Part shown: positions 25,837-36,102 of the stretch, one piece after another | Layout of the letters: every line of letters begins with the position of its first letter | Position numbering within the stretch: position 1 is the stretch's first letter | DNA from: Candidatus Eiseniibacteriota bacterium | GTDB lineage: Bacteria; Eisenbacteria; RBG-16-71-46; JABDJR01 | Reading direction: 5' to 3' | Assembly: GCA_963762255.1 (NCBI GenBank) | Contig: CAVXKA010000003.1 | Span: 416,001-480,000, forward strand | DNA length: 64,000 bases | Made by a program: the position numbers and the translations under genes | Notes under the pieces: model-generated | Database searches by the model: none | What the model was told of the DNA's origin: nothing | What the model saw: the letters and a program-made list of their open reading frames with translations, nothing else

Positions 25837-28800
25837 AGCTGACCGAAACGTCTATCCAGCGCCCCGTTCTCGCGACGGTCTTCAGCCTCGCCATCATTCT
25901 TCTGGGGGTGATCGGGTTCACGCGGCTCCCCGTGCGCGAGTACCCGGACATCGATCCCCCGGTCGTCTCGGTGACTACCTTCTATCGCGGCGCGAGCCCG
26001 AGCGTGGTGGAGACCGAGGTCACCAATATCCTCGAGGAGCAGCTCGCTACCCTCGCTGCGGTCAAGACGCTCACCTCCTCCAGTCTCGAGCAGGGCTCGA
26101 GCATCACCATCGAGTTCGAGCTGAACCAGGACGTGGACGAGGCCGCCAACGAGGTGCGCGACAAGGTCGCGCGCGTTCGCGGCCGGCTCCCCCGCGAGGC
26201 GGAGGACCCCATCGTCGCCAAGGTGGACGTGAACGCGCAGCCCATCATGTGGCTCGCCCTTCACGGCACCCAGCACTCCGACCTGGAGATGTCCGACGTC
26301 GCCGACCGCGTGCTCAAGGAGCGACTCCAGCGGCTGGACGGCGTGGGCTCGGTGTTCATCGGCGGCGAGCGCCGTTACGCCATGCGCGTCTGGCTCGATC
26401 CGCTGCGCATGGCGGCGCGCGGCCTCACCACTCAGGACATCGAGAGCGCGATCCGCGCCGAGAACGTGGAGATCCCGGGCGGGCGCGTCGAGGGCGATCA
26501 ACGCGAGTTCGCGGTACGCACCCGCGGCGATCTCTCCAGCGCCGAGGAGTTCGCCTCCATCATCGTTTCCCGCAGCGCGGACGACGTCGTACATCTCGGC
26601 GACGTCGCCGAGGTCGAACTGGGGGCGGAGGACTACCGGACGCTGGCCCGCTTCAACGGCGAGCCGGCGGTGGGTCTCGGCGTGGTCAAGCAGTCCAAGG
26701 CCAGCACGCTGGACGTGGCCGCACAGGTACGCAAGGCGCTCCCCGACTTGCTTGCGGCCGTCCCCCCCGGCATGGTGCTCGACGTGGCCTACGACTCCTC
26801 GCTCTTCATCCAGGAGTCGATCCACGAAGTCGGCATCACGCTCCTCATCGCCATGGTGCTGGTGGTGCTTGTCGTGCTTGCCTTCCTCAAGAGCTTCCGC
26901 GCAACCCTCATCCCGGTGGTGGCCATTCCGATCTCCATCGTGGGGACCTTCGCCGTCTCCTACTTCGCCGGCTACACGATCAACATCCTCACGCTGCTGG
27001 GGCTCGTGCTGGCCATCGGCCTTGTGGTGGACGACGCCATCGTCATGCTCGAAAACATCGTCCGCCACATGGAGATGGGCAAGTCGCGGTGGCGGGCATC
27101 CATCGACGGCGCCCGCGAGATCGGCTTCGCGGTGCTCGCCACAACGATTTCTCTGGTGGCCGTGTTCATCCCGGTGGCGTTCCTGACCGGCACCGTGGGC
27201 CGACTCTTCAACGAGTTCGGCATCACGCTGGCGGTGGCGGTGGCGATCTCCGGGTTCGTCGCGCTCACCCTGTCGCCGATGCTCTGCTCCAAGGTCCTCG
27301 GCCGCATCCATGGCGGCAACGACCGCTGGACGACGCGGTCCTTCGACGCGTTCTTCGCGTGGCTCGATCGCACCTACGAGCGCAGCGTGCGCTACGCCAT
27401 CCGGCATCGGGGACTGGTGATCGGGGCCGCGCTCGGGCTCGTAGCGGTGTCCGTCGTGGTGTTCCGCATGCTCCCTCGCGAGTTGGTCCCCGTCGAAGAC
27501 CGCGGCGTGGCGTTCGGCATCGTGATCGCCCCCGAGGGCTCCACGCTCGACTACACCGACCGCTACATGCGTGAGGTCGAGGCAAAGCTCCTCCCGCTGC
27601 CCGAGCGGAACGCGCTCTTCACCGCCACCGGTCTCGGCTTTGGCGGTCCCGGCCGCGTCACCGACGGGTTCGTATTCCTCAACTTGAAACCGCGGGGCGA
27701 GCGCGATCGGTCGCAACAGGAGATCGTCCAGTCTCTCTTCCCGCAGCTCCTCTCGATCCCCGGCGTGCTGGCGTTCGTCATCAACCCGCCCAGCCTCGGC
27801 GGGCGGTTCTCATCCAGCCCGGTGGAGTACGTGCTGGAGGCGGAGAGCTACGAGGAACTGGCCGCCGCCACCGGCATCATGATGCAGAAGGCGTCCGAGC
27901 TGGGGTACCTGATCAACCTCGACACCGACCTGCGCCTCAACAAGCCGCAGCTCGACGTGCGCATCGATCGCGAGCGCGCGTCCGGGCTCGGAGTGTCGGT
28001 GGACGACATCGGCTCGGCCCTGGAGATGTACCTCGGCGGGCGCGTGGTCGGCGAGTTCAAGCGCGGGGCCAAGCAGTACGACGTCATCGCCCAGGTGCGC
28101 CCGACGGACCGCGCCACGCCGGACGTGATCGGCGATCTCTACCTGCGCGGGACGGGAGGCCTGGTGCAGCTCGCGAACGTGGTGCAGGTGGAGGAGACGG
28201 TGGCGCCGAAGGAACTCAACCACTACAACCGCGTGCGCTCGGCGACCCTGACCGCGAACCTCGCGCCGGGGGTGGACCTCGGCACCGCGCTCGACGACAT
28301 GGACCGGATCGCGGGCGAGAGCCTCCCGGCCGGGGTCAAGCGCGAGCTTGGCGGTCAATCCCGGGAGTTCCGCTCGTCCAGCTCGAGCCTCTACTTCCTC
28401 TTCGCGCTCTCCGTCGTGTTCATCTTCCTGGTGCTGGCGGCGCAGTTCGAGAGCTTCGTCCACCCGTTCACGATCCTGCTTTCCGTGCCGCTGGCGGTGG
28501 TGGGGGCGCTGGTCTCGCTCTTCGTCTTCCGGCAGAGCCTCAACGTCTACTCGCAGATCGGGCTCATCATGCTGATCGGGCTCGTGACCAAGAACGCGAT
28601 CCTCATCATCGAATACTCGAACCAGCTCCGCGCGCGCGGGCTGGAGGTCATCGAGGCCACGGTGGAGGCGTCGCGCATCCGGCTGCGCCCGATCCTCATG
28701 ACCTCGTTCACCACGATCTTCGGCACGTTGCCGATCGCGCTCGGGCTGGGCGCCGGCGCGGAATCGCGCCGACCGCTCGGGATCGCGGTCGTGGGCGGGC

Positions 28801-28919
28801 TCTTCTTCTCGACGTTTCTTACCCTGATGCTGGTGCCGGTGGTCTACACGCTGGTGGCACGGTACACCAAGGTGCGCGCGGCCAAGGTGGACGAAGAGGA
28901 GATGCCGGCGGCGGCGTAG
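25833..28919 (+). CDS. AcrB/AcrD/AcrF-family RND transporter permease
   Basis: 1028 aa; RPVLA, GLVVDDAIVMLENI, GLVTKNAILI, RLRPILMT. Confidence 0.96.
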   Translation: MKLTETSIQRPVLATVFSLAIILLGVIGFTRLPVREYPDIDPPVVSVTTFYRGASPSVVETEVTNILEEQLATLAAVKTLTSSSLEQGSSITIEFELNQDVDEAANEVRDKVARVRGRLPREAEDPIVAKVDVNAQPIMWLALHGTQHSDLEMSDVADRVLKERLQRLDGVGSVFIGGERRYAMRVWLDPLRMAARGLTTQDIESAIRAENVEIPGGRVEGDQREFAVRTRGDLSSAEEFASIIVSRSADDVVHLGDVAEVELGAEDYRTLARFNGEPAVGLGVVKQSKASTLDVAAQVRKALPDLLAAVPPGMVLDVAYDSSLFIQESIHEVGITLLIAMVLVVLVVLAFLKSFRATLIPVVAIPISIVGTFAVSYFAGYTINILTLLGLVLAIGLVVDDAIVMLENIVRHMEMGKSRWRASIDGAREIGFAVLATTISLVAVFIPVAFLTGTVGRLFNEFGITLAVAVAISGFVALTLSPMLCSKVLGRIHGGNDRWTTRSFDAFFAWLDRTYERSVRYAIRHRGLVIGAALGLVAVSVVVFRMLPRELVPVEDRGVAFGIVIAPEGSTLDYTDRYMREVEAKLLPLPERNALFTATGLGFGGPGRVTDGFVFLNLKPRGERDRSQQEIVQSLFPQLLSIPGVLAFVINPPSLGGRFSSSPVEYVLEAESYEELAAATGIMMQKASELGYLINLDTDLRLNKPQLDVRIDRERASGLGVSVDDIGSALEMYLGGRVVGEFKRGAKQYDVIAQVRPTDRATPDVIGDLYLRGTGGLVQLANVVQVEETVAPKELNHYNRVRSATLTANLAPGVDLGTALDDMDRIAGESLPAGVKRELGGQSREFRSSSSSLYFLFALSVVFIFLVLAAQFESFVHPFTILLSVPLAVVGALVSLFVFRQSLNVYSQIGLIMLIGLVTKNAILIIEYSNQLRARGLEVIEATVEASRIRLRPILMTSFTTIFGTLPIALGLGAGAESRRPLGIAVVGGLFFSTFLTLMLVPVVYTLVARYTKVRAAKVDEEEMPAAA

Positions 28920-28946
28920 CGTTGGTTCGGCTCGGGGCGGCGCGGC

Positions 28947-30080
28947 TCAAACCGGTCGCGTCGCCCCCAGCACCGCCTTCAGCGCACGCATGCACAGCGC
29001 GATGTTCTCGGGGCGCGACGAGTGCCCCATGAGTCCGATGCGCCAGATCTTGCCGACCAGCTCGCCGAACGCCCCGCCGATCTCGAGGTTGAACTCGTTG
29101 AGGATGCGCGTGCGCACCTGCGCCTCGTCCACGCCCTCCGGCACCAGAACCGGGTTGAGCTGCGGCAGCCGATAGGCCGGCGGCACCATGAGCGTGAGCC
29201 CCATCGCCTCGATCTCTTCGCACAGCACGAGATGGTTGCGGCGATGCCGTTCCCACGAGGCCTCGATGCCCTCCTCGTGCAGCATGACCAGCGCCTCGTG
29301 CAAACCGTAGAGCGCGTTCGACGGCGCGGTGTGATGGTAAGCGCGCTTCACCCCGCCGCTCCAGTAGCCGCGGATGAGGCTCATGTCGAAGAACCAGCTC
29401 TGCATCGGCGCGCGGCGGCGGTCCATGACTTCGAGCGCGCGCGGGCCGAAGGTGATGGGGGCTAGGCCGGGAGGCGCCCCGAGGCACTTCTGGCTCGCGG
29501 CGAAGGCGACATCGATCCCCCACTCGTCCACGAGCAGCGGCACCCCGCCCAGCGACGTCACCGCGTCCACCACGACGATCGCGCCGTGGCGATGCGCGAT
29601 CTCGGTGAGGGCCTTCGCGTCGGAAAGCACCCCGGTCGATGTCTCCGCGTGGACAAACGCCAGGACCTTCGTCCCCGGGTTGTCGCGAAGGGTGGCCTCC
29701 ACCCGAGCCGGATCCACCGGGCGACCCCACGGCTCGTCGAGGCGAACGACCTTGGCCCCCTGCCGGACGGCCATCTCGTGCATCCGCCCGCCGAAGTAGC
29801 CGTTCACGGCCACGATCACTTTGTCGCCCGGCTCGATCACGTTGGCCAGCGCCGCTTCCATCCCTGCGGAGCCGGGACCGGAGATAGGCAGCGTCAGCGC
29901 ATTTGACGTCTGGAAAGCGTATTGCAGAAGTTCCTTCACCTCGTTCATGAAGCCCACGAAGGCGGGATCGAGGTGCCCGAGGGTGGGTTTGGAGAGCGCG
30001 GCGAGGACGCGCGGGTGGACGTCGGAGGGCCCGGGGCCCATCAGGGTGCGGTGGGGCGCATTGAACGAAGTCGGGGTCAT
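28947..30080 (-). CDS. Alanine-glyoxylate/serine-pyruvate aminotransferase (class V PLP)
   Basis: LMGPGPS, HAETSTG, VDAVTS, SQKCLGAPPG, YHHT, WRIGLMG; ATG at 30080 with AAGGAG RBS. Confidence 0.93.
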   Translation of the reverse strand: MTPTSFNAPHRTLMGPGPSDVHPRVLAALSKPTLGHLDPAFVGFMNEVKELLQYAFQTSNALTLPISGPGSAGMEAALANVIEPGDKVIVAVNGYFGGRMHEMAVRQGAKVVRLDEPWGRPVDPARVEATLRDNPGTKVLAFVHAETSTGVLSDAKALTEIAHRHGAIVVVDAVTSLGGVPLLVDEWGIDVAFAASQKCLGAPPGLAPITFGPRALEVMDRRRAPMQSWFFDMSLIRGYWSGGVKRAYHHTAPSNALYGLHEALVMLHEEGIEASWERHRRNHLVLCEEIEAMGLTLMVPPAYRLPQLNPVLVPEGVDEAQVRTRILNEFNLEIGGAFGELVGKIWRIGLMGHSSRPENIALCMRALKAVLGATRPV

Positions 30081-30241
30081 GGATTCTCTCCTTGGATGTG
30101 CTGCGACACGCCGGGGAGCGTAGCGCACCCGACCCCCCTGTGTCTTGGGGGGGGACTGCGCGCCTCCCACTCCCTGGTCCCCCCGGCGCCGTGCCATAAT
30201 TCCGTCACCCTCACCCTTATCCCCTTGAGGAGGAACCACTC

Positions 30242-30712
30242 ATGATCGCTCATCAGCTCGCAGAAGAACTGCGCCGTAGCAAGCAGTACTTCGATCGCTC
30301 CACGTCGGCTCTCCAGGAAGAGGATGCGGGTTACGCTCCCGCGGACGGTCTCATGCACACGGCCGGGATGATGGCCCACGTCGCGCAGACGGTGGACTGG
30401 TTCGCGGACGCCGCCTTCACCGACAAGGGATTCGTCATGGACTTCGAGGGCATGGGGGCGCAGGCCATGGCGGTGACGTCGCTGGCCGATGCTCGCAAGT
30501 GGGTGGACACGTCCTTCGCGCGCCTGATCGAGGCGGTGGACAAGTGCTCCGACGCCGAGATCATGACGCCGTTCGCGCCCAACGAGATCATGGGGCCGAT
30601 TCCGAAGGCAGGGTTGGTCTCGGCGGTCACCGACCACACCGCGCATCATCGCGGCGTGCTGGCCACCTACGCTCGGCTCTGCGGCCGCGTGCCGCCGATG
30701 CCGTACATGTGA
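30242..30712 (+). CDS. DinB family protein
   Basis: 156 aa; AHVA and HTAHHRG His motifs; GAGGAGG RBS. Confidence 0.85.
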   Translation: MIAHQLAEELRRSKQYFDRSTSALQEEDAGYAPADGLMHTAGMMAHVAQTVDWFADAAFTDKGFVMDFEGMGAQAMAVTSLADARKWVDTSFARLIEAVDKCSDAEIMTPFAPNEIMGPIPKAGLVSAVTDHTAHHRGVLATYARLCGRVPPMPYM

Positions 30713-30741
30713 TCGACTGATCGGTGTCGGTCAGGTACGGC

Positions 30742-30832
30742 AGCGCGTAGCGGATCGCGGGTCGACCGCAGTCCGAAGGGCCGCGAAGCGGGGGCCCCTT
30801 CGGCGAGGACGACCCGCGATCTGCGAAGCGCT
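30742..30832. repeat. REP-like long stem-loop between convergent genes (possible bidirectional terminator)
   Basis: Arms gcggatcgcgggtcg (30750-30764) and cgacccgcgatctgc (30810-30824), inner ccgaagggcc/ggccccttcgg stem, GCGTAGC and GCGAAGC motifs. Confidence 0.6.
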
Positions 30833-30854
30833 TACGCTCCCTCGTCGCGCGGCG

Positions 30855-32402
30855 TCACCGCAACGCCAGCATGATCTCCTGCGGCGATTCGATCGGTAGC
30901 CGCATCGGCGCGCCGTAGCCGAGCCAGTAGGACTCCGCCCGCTGATACACCTGGACTCCGACGCGGCGCCCCATCGCCCGGGCGTTCAGATCGGCGTCCC
31001 TGAAGTGGATGCCGCCCAGACGTCGCGAGACTCCAGCAGCATCGGCCGCCTCGGTGAACGTGGCGTAGGTGAATGCGACGTCGGAGTGCGGGGAGATCCC
31101 CGGCTCCGCCTTGAGCGATCCCGCCGGAACCACGTGCGAGAAGCCGAAGGCGTCGCTGCCGGTGAAGCGCTTCAGCACCTCGGCAGCCGCCGCGCTGAAG
31201 GTGCTGTGACCGGACGGGTACTCGGGGAACGGTGGGGTCGGGAACCACGTCGGCTGGTAAGGCTTCCAGGCCGCGCCGTCGATGAGCGCGTTGTCCTGCC
31301 CGGGGCCTGCCCAGGAGTGGATCGGCTGGCCGTTGTACAGGTACCGGATGGCGGTCACCGGACGCGCGTAATCGTAGAACCGCTTGGCATCCCAGCACGC
31401 GATGCCGCCATCGAACACGGCGTTGGCCACCGCGAAGAACATCTTCGCGTCCTGGTCCAGGGTGTTGTGATCGCGGCGCGAGACGACTTGCGCGAAGAGG
31501 CACCAGTGGCCGGGAGGAAGCTCCGAGGCGGGACCGTCCGCCCAGTACTCGGCGATGCACTTCTCCCGATCGGTCAGGTTCGCGCTCAATGAAACCAACT
31601 CATCGCACTGCGTGGCGAACGCGGGCGTGCCCAGCACGGCTGGGGGGACCGGCCGGAACTGGCTCGTCGAGGTCAATGCGAACGGGATCACGTTCCCCCA
31701 CTGGGGCGCGATGAAGTTCGGTGTGACCGTTTGCCCGGCGAGGTTCACGAAGGTGAGCGGTTGCCAGCGATCGGGGTATGGGATCTGAGCGAGCGTGCTC
31801 GGAGTCTCGACCGCGATCGGCGGGTTCATGGCCACATACCCGGTATAGTCCGCGTACGCGCCCGGCATGAGATCGCCCAACTGATTGGATCCGTCCGCGT
31901 GGCGCAACGCAAGCACCGCTGCCGCGCAGCGGTTCCCGATGCCGGCGGGGGTCTCGGGATCGAGCGAGTCGTCTGCCGGATCGTAGCCCAGCTCGATCAT
32001 GAGCGCGTCCAGGTCCGGCTTCTCGGAGGGGAAGAGATCGACGATGGCTCGATAGGCGGCGTAGCTCATCGCCTTGCTCTGGTGCCCCGGTGTCCGCTCC
32101 CCCTCGGGCCGGCGCACATCCGGGCCGAAGCGCGTGCCGACGGCCACGTCGTCATATGCGGCCCAGGCGTCGAAGATGCAGGTGTGCACCACGGCGAGCG
32201 CGCGCGCGGTCATGGGTGGTCCGGGTCTCGTGTCCCGAATGGCCTGGAGTGTGGCCTCGTCCCACCGCAACACGACGTTCTCGCCGGGAGGAACCGAATC
32301 GTCCACCGGCGCGGTGACGCCGTCGTCGCCGCATCCGACCATCGCGAGCGACCACCCGGACAACGCAATCAAGAGCAACCCGGACATGGACAGGCGCCTC
32401 AT
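30855..32402 (-). CDS. Vanadium-dependent haloperoxidase / PAP2-family lipoprotein
   Basis: WDAKRFYDYARP, PPFPEYPSGHS, SRRLGGIHF motifs; lipobox-like MVGC. Confidence 0.88.
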   Translation of the reverse strand: MRRLSMSGLLLIALSGWSLAMVGCGDDGVTAPVDDSVPPGENVVLRWDEATLQAIRDTRPGPPMTARALAVVHTCIFDAWAAYDDVAVGTRFGPDVRRPEGERTPGHQSKAMSYAAYRAIVDLFPSEKPDLDALMIELGYDPADDSLDPETPAGIGNRCAAAVLALRHADGSNQLGDLMPGAYADYTGYVAMNPPIAVETPSTLAQIPYPDRWQPLTFVNLAGQTVTPNFIAPQWGNVIPFALTSTSQFRPVPPAVLGTPAFATQCDELVSLSANLTDREKCIAEYWADGPASELPPGHWCLFAQVVSRRDHNTLDQDAKMFFAVANAVFDGGIACWDAKRFYDYARPVTAIRYLYNGQPIHSWAGPGQDNALIDGAAWKPYQPTWFPTPPFPEYPSGHSTFSAAAAEVLKRFTGSDAFGFSHVVPAGSLKAEPGISPHSDVAFTYATFTEAADAAGVSRRLGGIHFRDADLNARAMGRRVGVQVYQRAESYWLGYGAPMRLPIESPQEIMLALR

Positions 32403-32574
32403 AGGCCCTCCTGGATAAGTGATGAACGAGGCATAAACGCAATGGGGGGAGCGCACGCCGATCGCACTACGCCCCCCCGAAACGAACCCCAAGCCGTCAA
32501 GCAGGAGGAGACTAGCACAGATGGAGGGGAGAACTCGCGGTCCCTCTCGCCGGCCCCCTATGTCGCGCCGGCCG

Positions 32575-33930
32575 CTAGTCCTCGTCGCGCCGCCCGCTGC
32601 GGTAGATCGACCGAATCGTCGAGTGGATCGGCCGCCCCAACCCGCCTTCCCACGGCCGGACCGAGATCGTCCGCACGATGAGGCGCACGACCGGCACGTC
32701 GATGCCGGTGACGCGCACGAGCAGGATCATCGCCACCGCACGCGCCAGGGTCGACGCGATGAAGAGCGCGCGATAGCCGTCGATGCCCTGCCCCAGCGCC
32801 GCGAAGAGCGCGCCACCGGCGAGCGACCCTCCCACCATGGCCAGCGAGTTGGCGAAGTTGTGGATCGTGAGGAGGCTCGTGCGCTCGTCCTCGCGGATCG
32901 TCTCCAGCAGCAAGAGGAACGTCGCGAACTCGCTGATGCCCCAGCACACGCCGGAGAACACTTGCAGCGCGACCAGATAGTAGTACTGCGACGAGATCAG
33001 CCACAGAGCCGGGGTGATCATGATCCCGAACCCGCCCGCGCGCAGGAGCCGCCGCGGCCCGACCTGCACCGAGACCTTGCTGAGCACCGCCAGAGCGACG
33101 ATCTTGGCCACGAACGACGCGCCGATCAACCACGTGTAGTCCGTATAGCTCAGCATGAGTTGCTTCAGCATGTACGGGTTGAAGTACGGCCCGGCGATGT
33201 TGACCGTGGCGGTGAGCGAGATCAGGTAGAGGATGAGGCGGCCGTCGGGGCTGTGCCGGAAACGCTTCAGCAGTTCCAGCACACCCACCCGGCGCTCTCC
33301 CCCCACCGGCGGGTGCTCCTCGCTCTGCGAGCCGATCCAACGCGCGGAGAGCGCCCGCGCGAGGGCGGCGATGGTGAAGAGCGCCGCGAATCCCCATAGC
33401 GCGCGCCCGGCCGCGCGCGTCAGTTCCAGGAGCACGCCGCCCAACAGCAATCCGCCCAGCGTCCCCACTTGCGTCGCCCAGGTTCGCCACGCGAAGTAGC
33501 GCGAGCGGATGCGCTCCGGCACGAGCTGCCCCACCCACGCGTTCCACGCCGGTCCGGCGGCCATCCCCACCGCCCAGTAGGCGGCGGCGGTGATGAAGAC
33601 GAGCACGCCCGGCATGGCTCCCACCAGCGCACCGATCACGAAGGGAAGAAAGGTCACCGTCTGGATCGTGGCGCAGAGCACCACCCAGCGCCGACGCGAG
33701 CGGAGCCGCGTCACTCCCCACGGGGTGAAGAGCTGCAGGACGCCGCCGGCCAGGAGCGGCAGCGTCGCGATGAGGCCCGACCACACCTCGCGCATGCCGA
33801 GCGCAAGCACGAACGCGGCGAAGTAGGTCTCGCCGATCCCCACCATGACGCTCCACGCCACGCCGTCGAGAAAGATGGCGCGCAGGTCGCGCTTGAGGAT
33901 GGAGTCCTCGCGGGTGGCAGCGGTCATCAC
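32575..33930 (-). CDS. MFS transporter
   Basis: 451 aa with about 12 hydrophobic segments; VPERIRSRYFAWR loop motif. Confidence 0.85.
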   Translation of the reverse strand: MMTAATREDSILKRDLRAIFLDGVAWSVMVGIGETYFAAFVLALGMREVWSGLIATLPLLAGGVLQLFTPWGVTRLRSRRRWVVLCATIQTVTFLPFVIGALVGAMPGVLVFITAAAYWAVGMAAGPAWNAWVGQLVPERIRSRYFAWRTWATQVGTLGGLLLGGVLLELTRAAGRALWGFAALFTIAALARALSARWIGSQSEEHPPVGGERRVGVLELLKRFRHSPDGRLILYLISLTATVNIAGPYFNPYMLKQLMLSYTDYTWLIGASFVAKIVALAVLSKVSVQVGPRRLLRAGGFGIMITPALWLISSQYYYLVALQVFSGVCWGISEFATFLLLLETIREDERTSLLTIHNFANSLAMVGGSLAGGALFAALGQGIDGYRALFIASTLARAVAMILLVRVTGIDVPVVRLIVRTISVRPWEGGLGRPIHSTIRSIYRSGRRDED

Positions 33931-33973
33931 CGGCCCTCCTTAGGCCGGCCATGAAGGTACATCAGGCGGCGGG

Positions 33974-35473
33974 TCAGCGCCCTTCGAACTGCGCGAGGAC
34001 GGTGTCGAGGAGCGCGGGCGGGAAGACGCCGCCCGCTTCGAACACATCCCGATGGCTGCGCAGCGCGGCGGCCACCTGCGCGGGGCGGTGCGCCACGCTC
34101 CGTGCTTCGTCGCGCGGCGCATGAGATTCGTCTGCGGTGCTCGCCGCACTCTCTCCGGTCACCGCGCCTTGCCCCGCTGCGGTCCCACGCCCCGACGCGG
34201 TCTCGCGCAGGATCTCGGCGAGTCCCTCGGTGCGCCGACCCTGCGCCATCGCCTGCGCGATGGCCGCGAGCAAGAGGTGCGGGTGCGCGGAGCCGTCGGC
34301 CAGGCGAAACTCGATCGTGGGCGGAGTCACCGGCTGCCCGTCGGGGCCCAGCGCGACGATGGGCAGCCGCACCAGCGCCTGCCGGTCGTAGCGCCCCCAC
34401 GTCACCGACGTCGGCGCTTCCTTCCCCTGCGTGAGACGCAGGAACGAGGTGTGCTCGCGGTTGCCGAACGCCATCAGCGCGCCGCCGAACTGCACGAGCC
34501 CGCCGATCAGCCACTGCGCGGACGGTGCGAGCGAGCCGGTCTCGTCCATCCCGCCCATATGCTCGCCGTCCACGCGCGGCGAGAAATGGAAGTGGAGCCC
34601 GTTGCCCGCGTGCCCTTCGCGCACGACCGGCGCGAACGTGCACTGGAAGCCTTGCCGCCGCGCGAGGTTCTGTAGCACCCACCGCGTGAGCATCACCGAG
34701 TCGGCGGCGCGCGGCAGCGGGGTCAAGAGAAGTTCGATCTCGTGCTGCTCCCAGATCATGCCGTCCACGGGCCGCGTGTCGATGGCGCCCACCTCGCTGT
34801 GGCCGTACTTGATCGGCACACCCATGTCGGCGAGCAACACGAGCGCCTCGCGGCGCAGCGCCTCCCCGAACACGAACGGCGAGCTGGCGTGATACCCGCT
34901 GTCGGCGACCCCGTAGACGTCCTCATCGGAGGCCCGCTTGCCGAGGAAGAACTCCACCTCGCCCAGCGCCCAGAGGTCCACGCCCAGCTCGCCCAGCACG
35001 CGCTCGTACGCGCGATGCACGATCGTATCCGGCGATTGGGCAAGGGGTTCCCCCTCGCGATTGAAGTGAGAACTCAAGAGGGCAAGGGTCGGGAACGGCG
35101 AGAACGGATCGATGAACGCGGTCTCGAGCCGCGGGCGCAAGACGATGTCCGAGGCTCCCCGGGTGAGGCCGCTCATGAGGCTCGACCCGTCGGCGCGCTC
35201 GCCGCCGGAGAGGATGTCGGCCAGGTGCGTCGGGCTCTCGGGCACGAAGTCGAGGGTCTTGATCCAGCCGTCGCCGCCCACGTGCATGAGGGTGACCAGA
35301 CGAATGCCGCGCTCCTGCACGAAACGGACGAGATCGTCCGCGGTCCATGTTGCGCGGGGCTTGCCGAGGGCCCTTTCCAGGTGCCCGATGGGCACGGCTC
35401 TTCGGTCGGGGATGCCCTGAGAAGGAACGCCCGACACCGCGGAAGCTCTCGGATCCTTGGCCATCGTCTTCAT
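33974..35473 (-). CDS. glnA: Glutamine synthetase family protein
   Basis: DGSS, EVEFF, HSEVG, QHEIE, GNGLHFH, EAPT, IEFRLADG motifs. Confidence 0.82.
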   Translation of the reverse strand: MKTMAKDPRASAVSGVPSQGIPDRRAVPIGHLERALGKPRATWTADDLVRFVQERGIRLVTLMHVGGDGWIKTLDFVPESPTHLADILSGGERADGSSLMSGLTRGASDIVLRPRLETAFIDPFSPFPTLALLSSHFNREGEPLAQSPDTIVHRAYERVLGELGVDLWALGEVEFFLGKRASDEDVYGVADSGYHASSPFVFGEALRREALVLLADMGVPIKYGHSEVGAIDTRPVDGMIWEQHEIELLLTPLPRAADSVMLTRWVLQNLARRQGFQCTFAPVVREGHAGNGLHFHFSPRVDGEHMGGMDETGSLAPSAQWLIGGLVQFGGALMAFGNREHTSFLRLTQGKEAPTSVTWGRYDRQALVRLPIVALGPDGQPVTPPTIEFRLADGSAHPHLLLAAIAQAMAQGRRTEGLAEILRETASGRGTAAGQGAVTGESAASTADESHAPRDEARSVAHRPAQVAAALRSHRDVFEAGGVFPPALLDTVLAQFEGR

Positions 35474-35662
35474 GAATTCGCTTTCCCCCGCGGGCATTGT
35501 AGGCGCCCTCGGGCCCGCCTGCCAGCGGGCGGGCGCACCGGTGCCGGGCGATTCTGGCAGGTCGCATGCGGAGCGGGCGCTTTCACATTCGGGATAAGGG
35601 ATATCCGGGAAGAAGGGACTGTTCCGTTGTTTGGGGGACTCTACTCACCCCGGTGCTCACGG

Positions 35663-35977
35663 TTAGTCCGACTTCTCGCGGATTGTGGGTGGCGGAGGAG
35701 AGGGCCGGTCGCGATGCCCCTCGCTGACAAGGGGAAACCGGTCCGGGTGCCGCACGCTCTCGACCGTCAGATCGACGTCGAGCTGCGGCCAGTGCAGATG
35801 CTCCCCGTGCAGCAGCGTCACATCGAGCAGTTGGCCGAGCCGGGCTTCCTTGAACCACGGGAAGTCCGCAAACGGCAAGTACAGTTCCTCTCCCCGCACC
35901 AGCATCCAGAACCCGTGTTTCGAGACGTTCGTGACCTCAGCGTCCGAAGTGTCGTTTCCAGGCTTTGCGGACTTCAT
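35663..35977 (-). CDS. DUF2442 protein (putative antitoxin, DhiA-like)
   Basis: EVTNVSKHGFW...LPFADFPWF...HLHWPQLDVDL...HPDRFPL signature. Confidence 0.88.
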   Translation of the reverse strand: MKSAKPGNDTSDAEVTNVSKHGFWMLVRGEELYLPFADFPWFKEARLGQLLDVTLLHGEHLHWPQLDVDLTVESVRHPDRFPLVSEGHRDRPSPPPPTIREKSD

Positions 35978-36077
35978 CCTCGTGTTCCCTCAGCAATTCC
36001 AGGGCAGTCGCTATCTGCCGGTCGCTCAGGCCGTGGCTAGTAGCGTACCTGCGCGCTTGGAAGACCGTCGGACTCAC
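35937..36077 (-). pseudogene. DUF4160 (HicA-like putative toxin) with in-frame internal deletion
   Basis: GTG start, 46 aa: SPTVFQARRY joined directly to ATSHGLSDRQI...EVRKAWKRHFG; the usual central FFFS..E...HVHV...AKFW block is absent. Overlaps the DUF2442 gene. Confidence 0.75.
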
Positions 36078-36102
36078 AGACAGATTGTACCGCATCGCCC
36101 AA

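Noticed and set aside
30081-30241. Glycine riboswitch upstream of the aminotransferase
   Set aside because: Lacks the GGAGA/CCGAAG/CUCUCAGG elements in the right arrangement; only generic hairpins.
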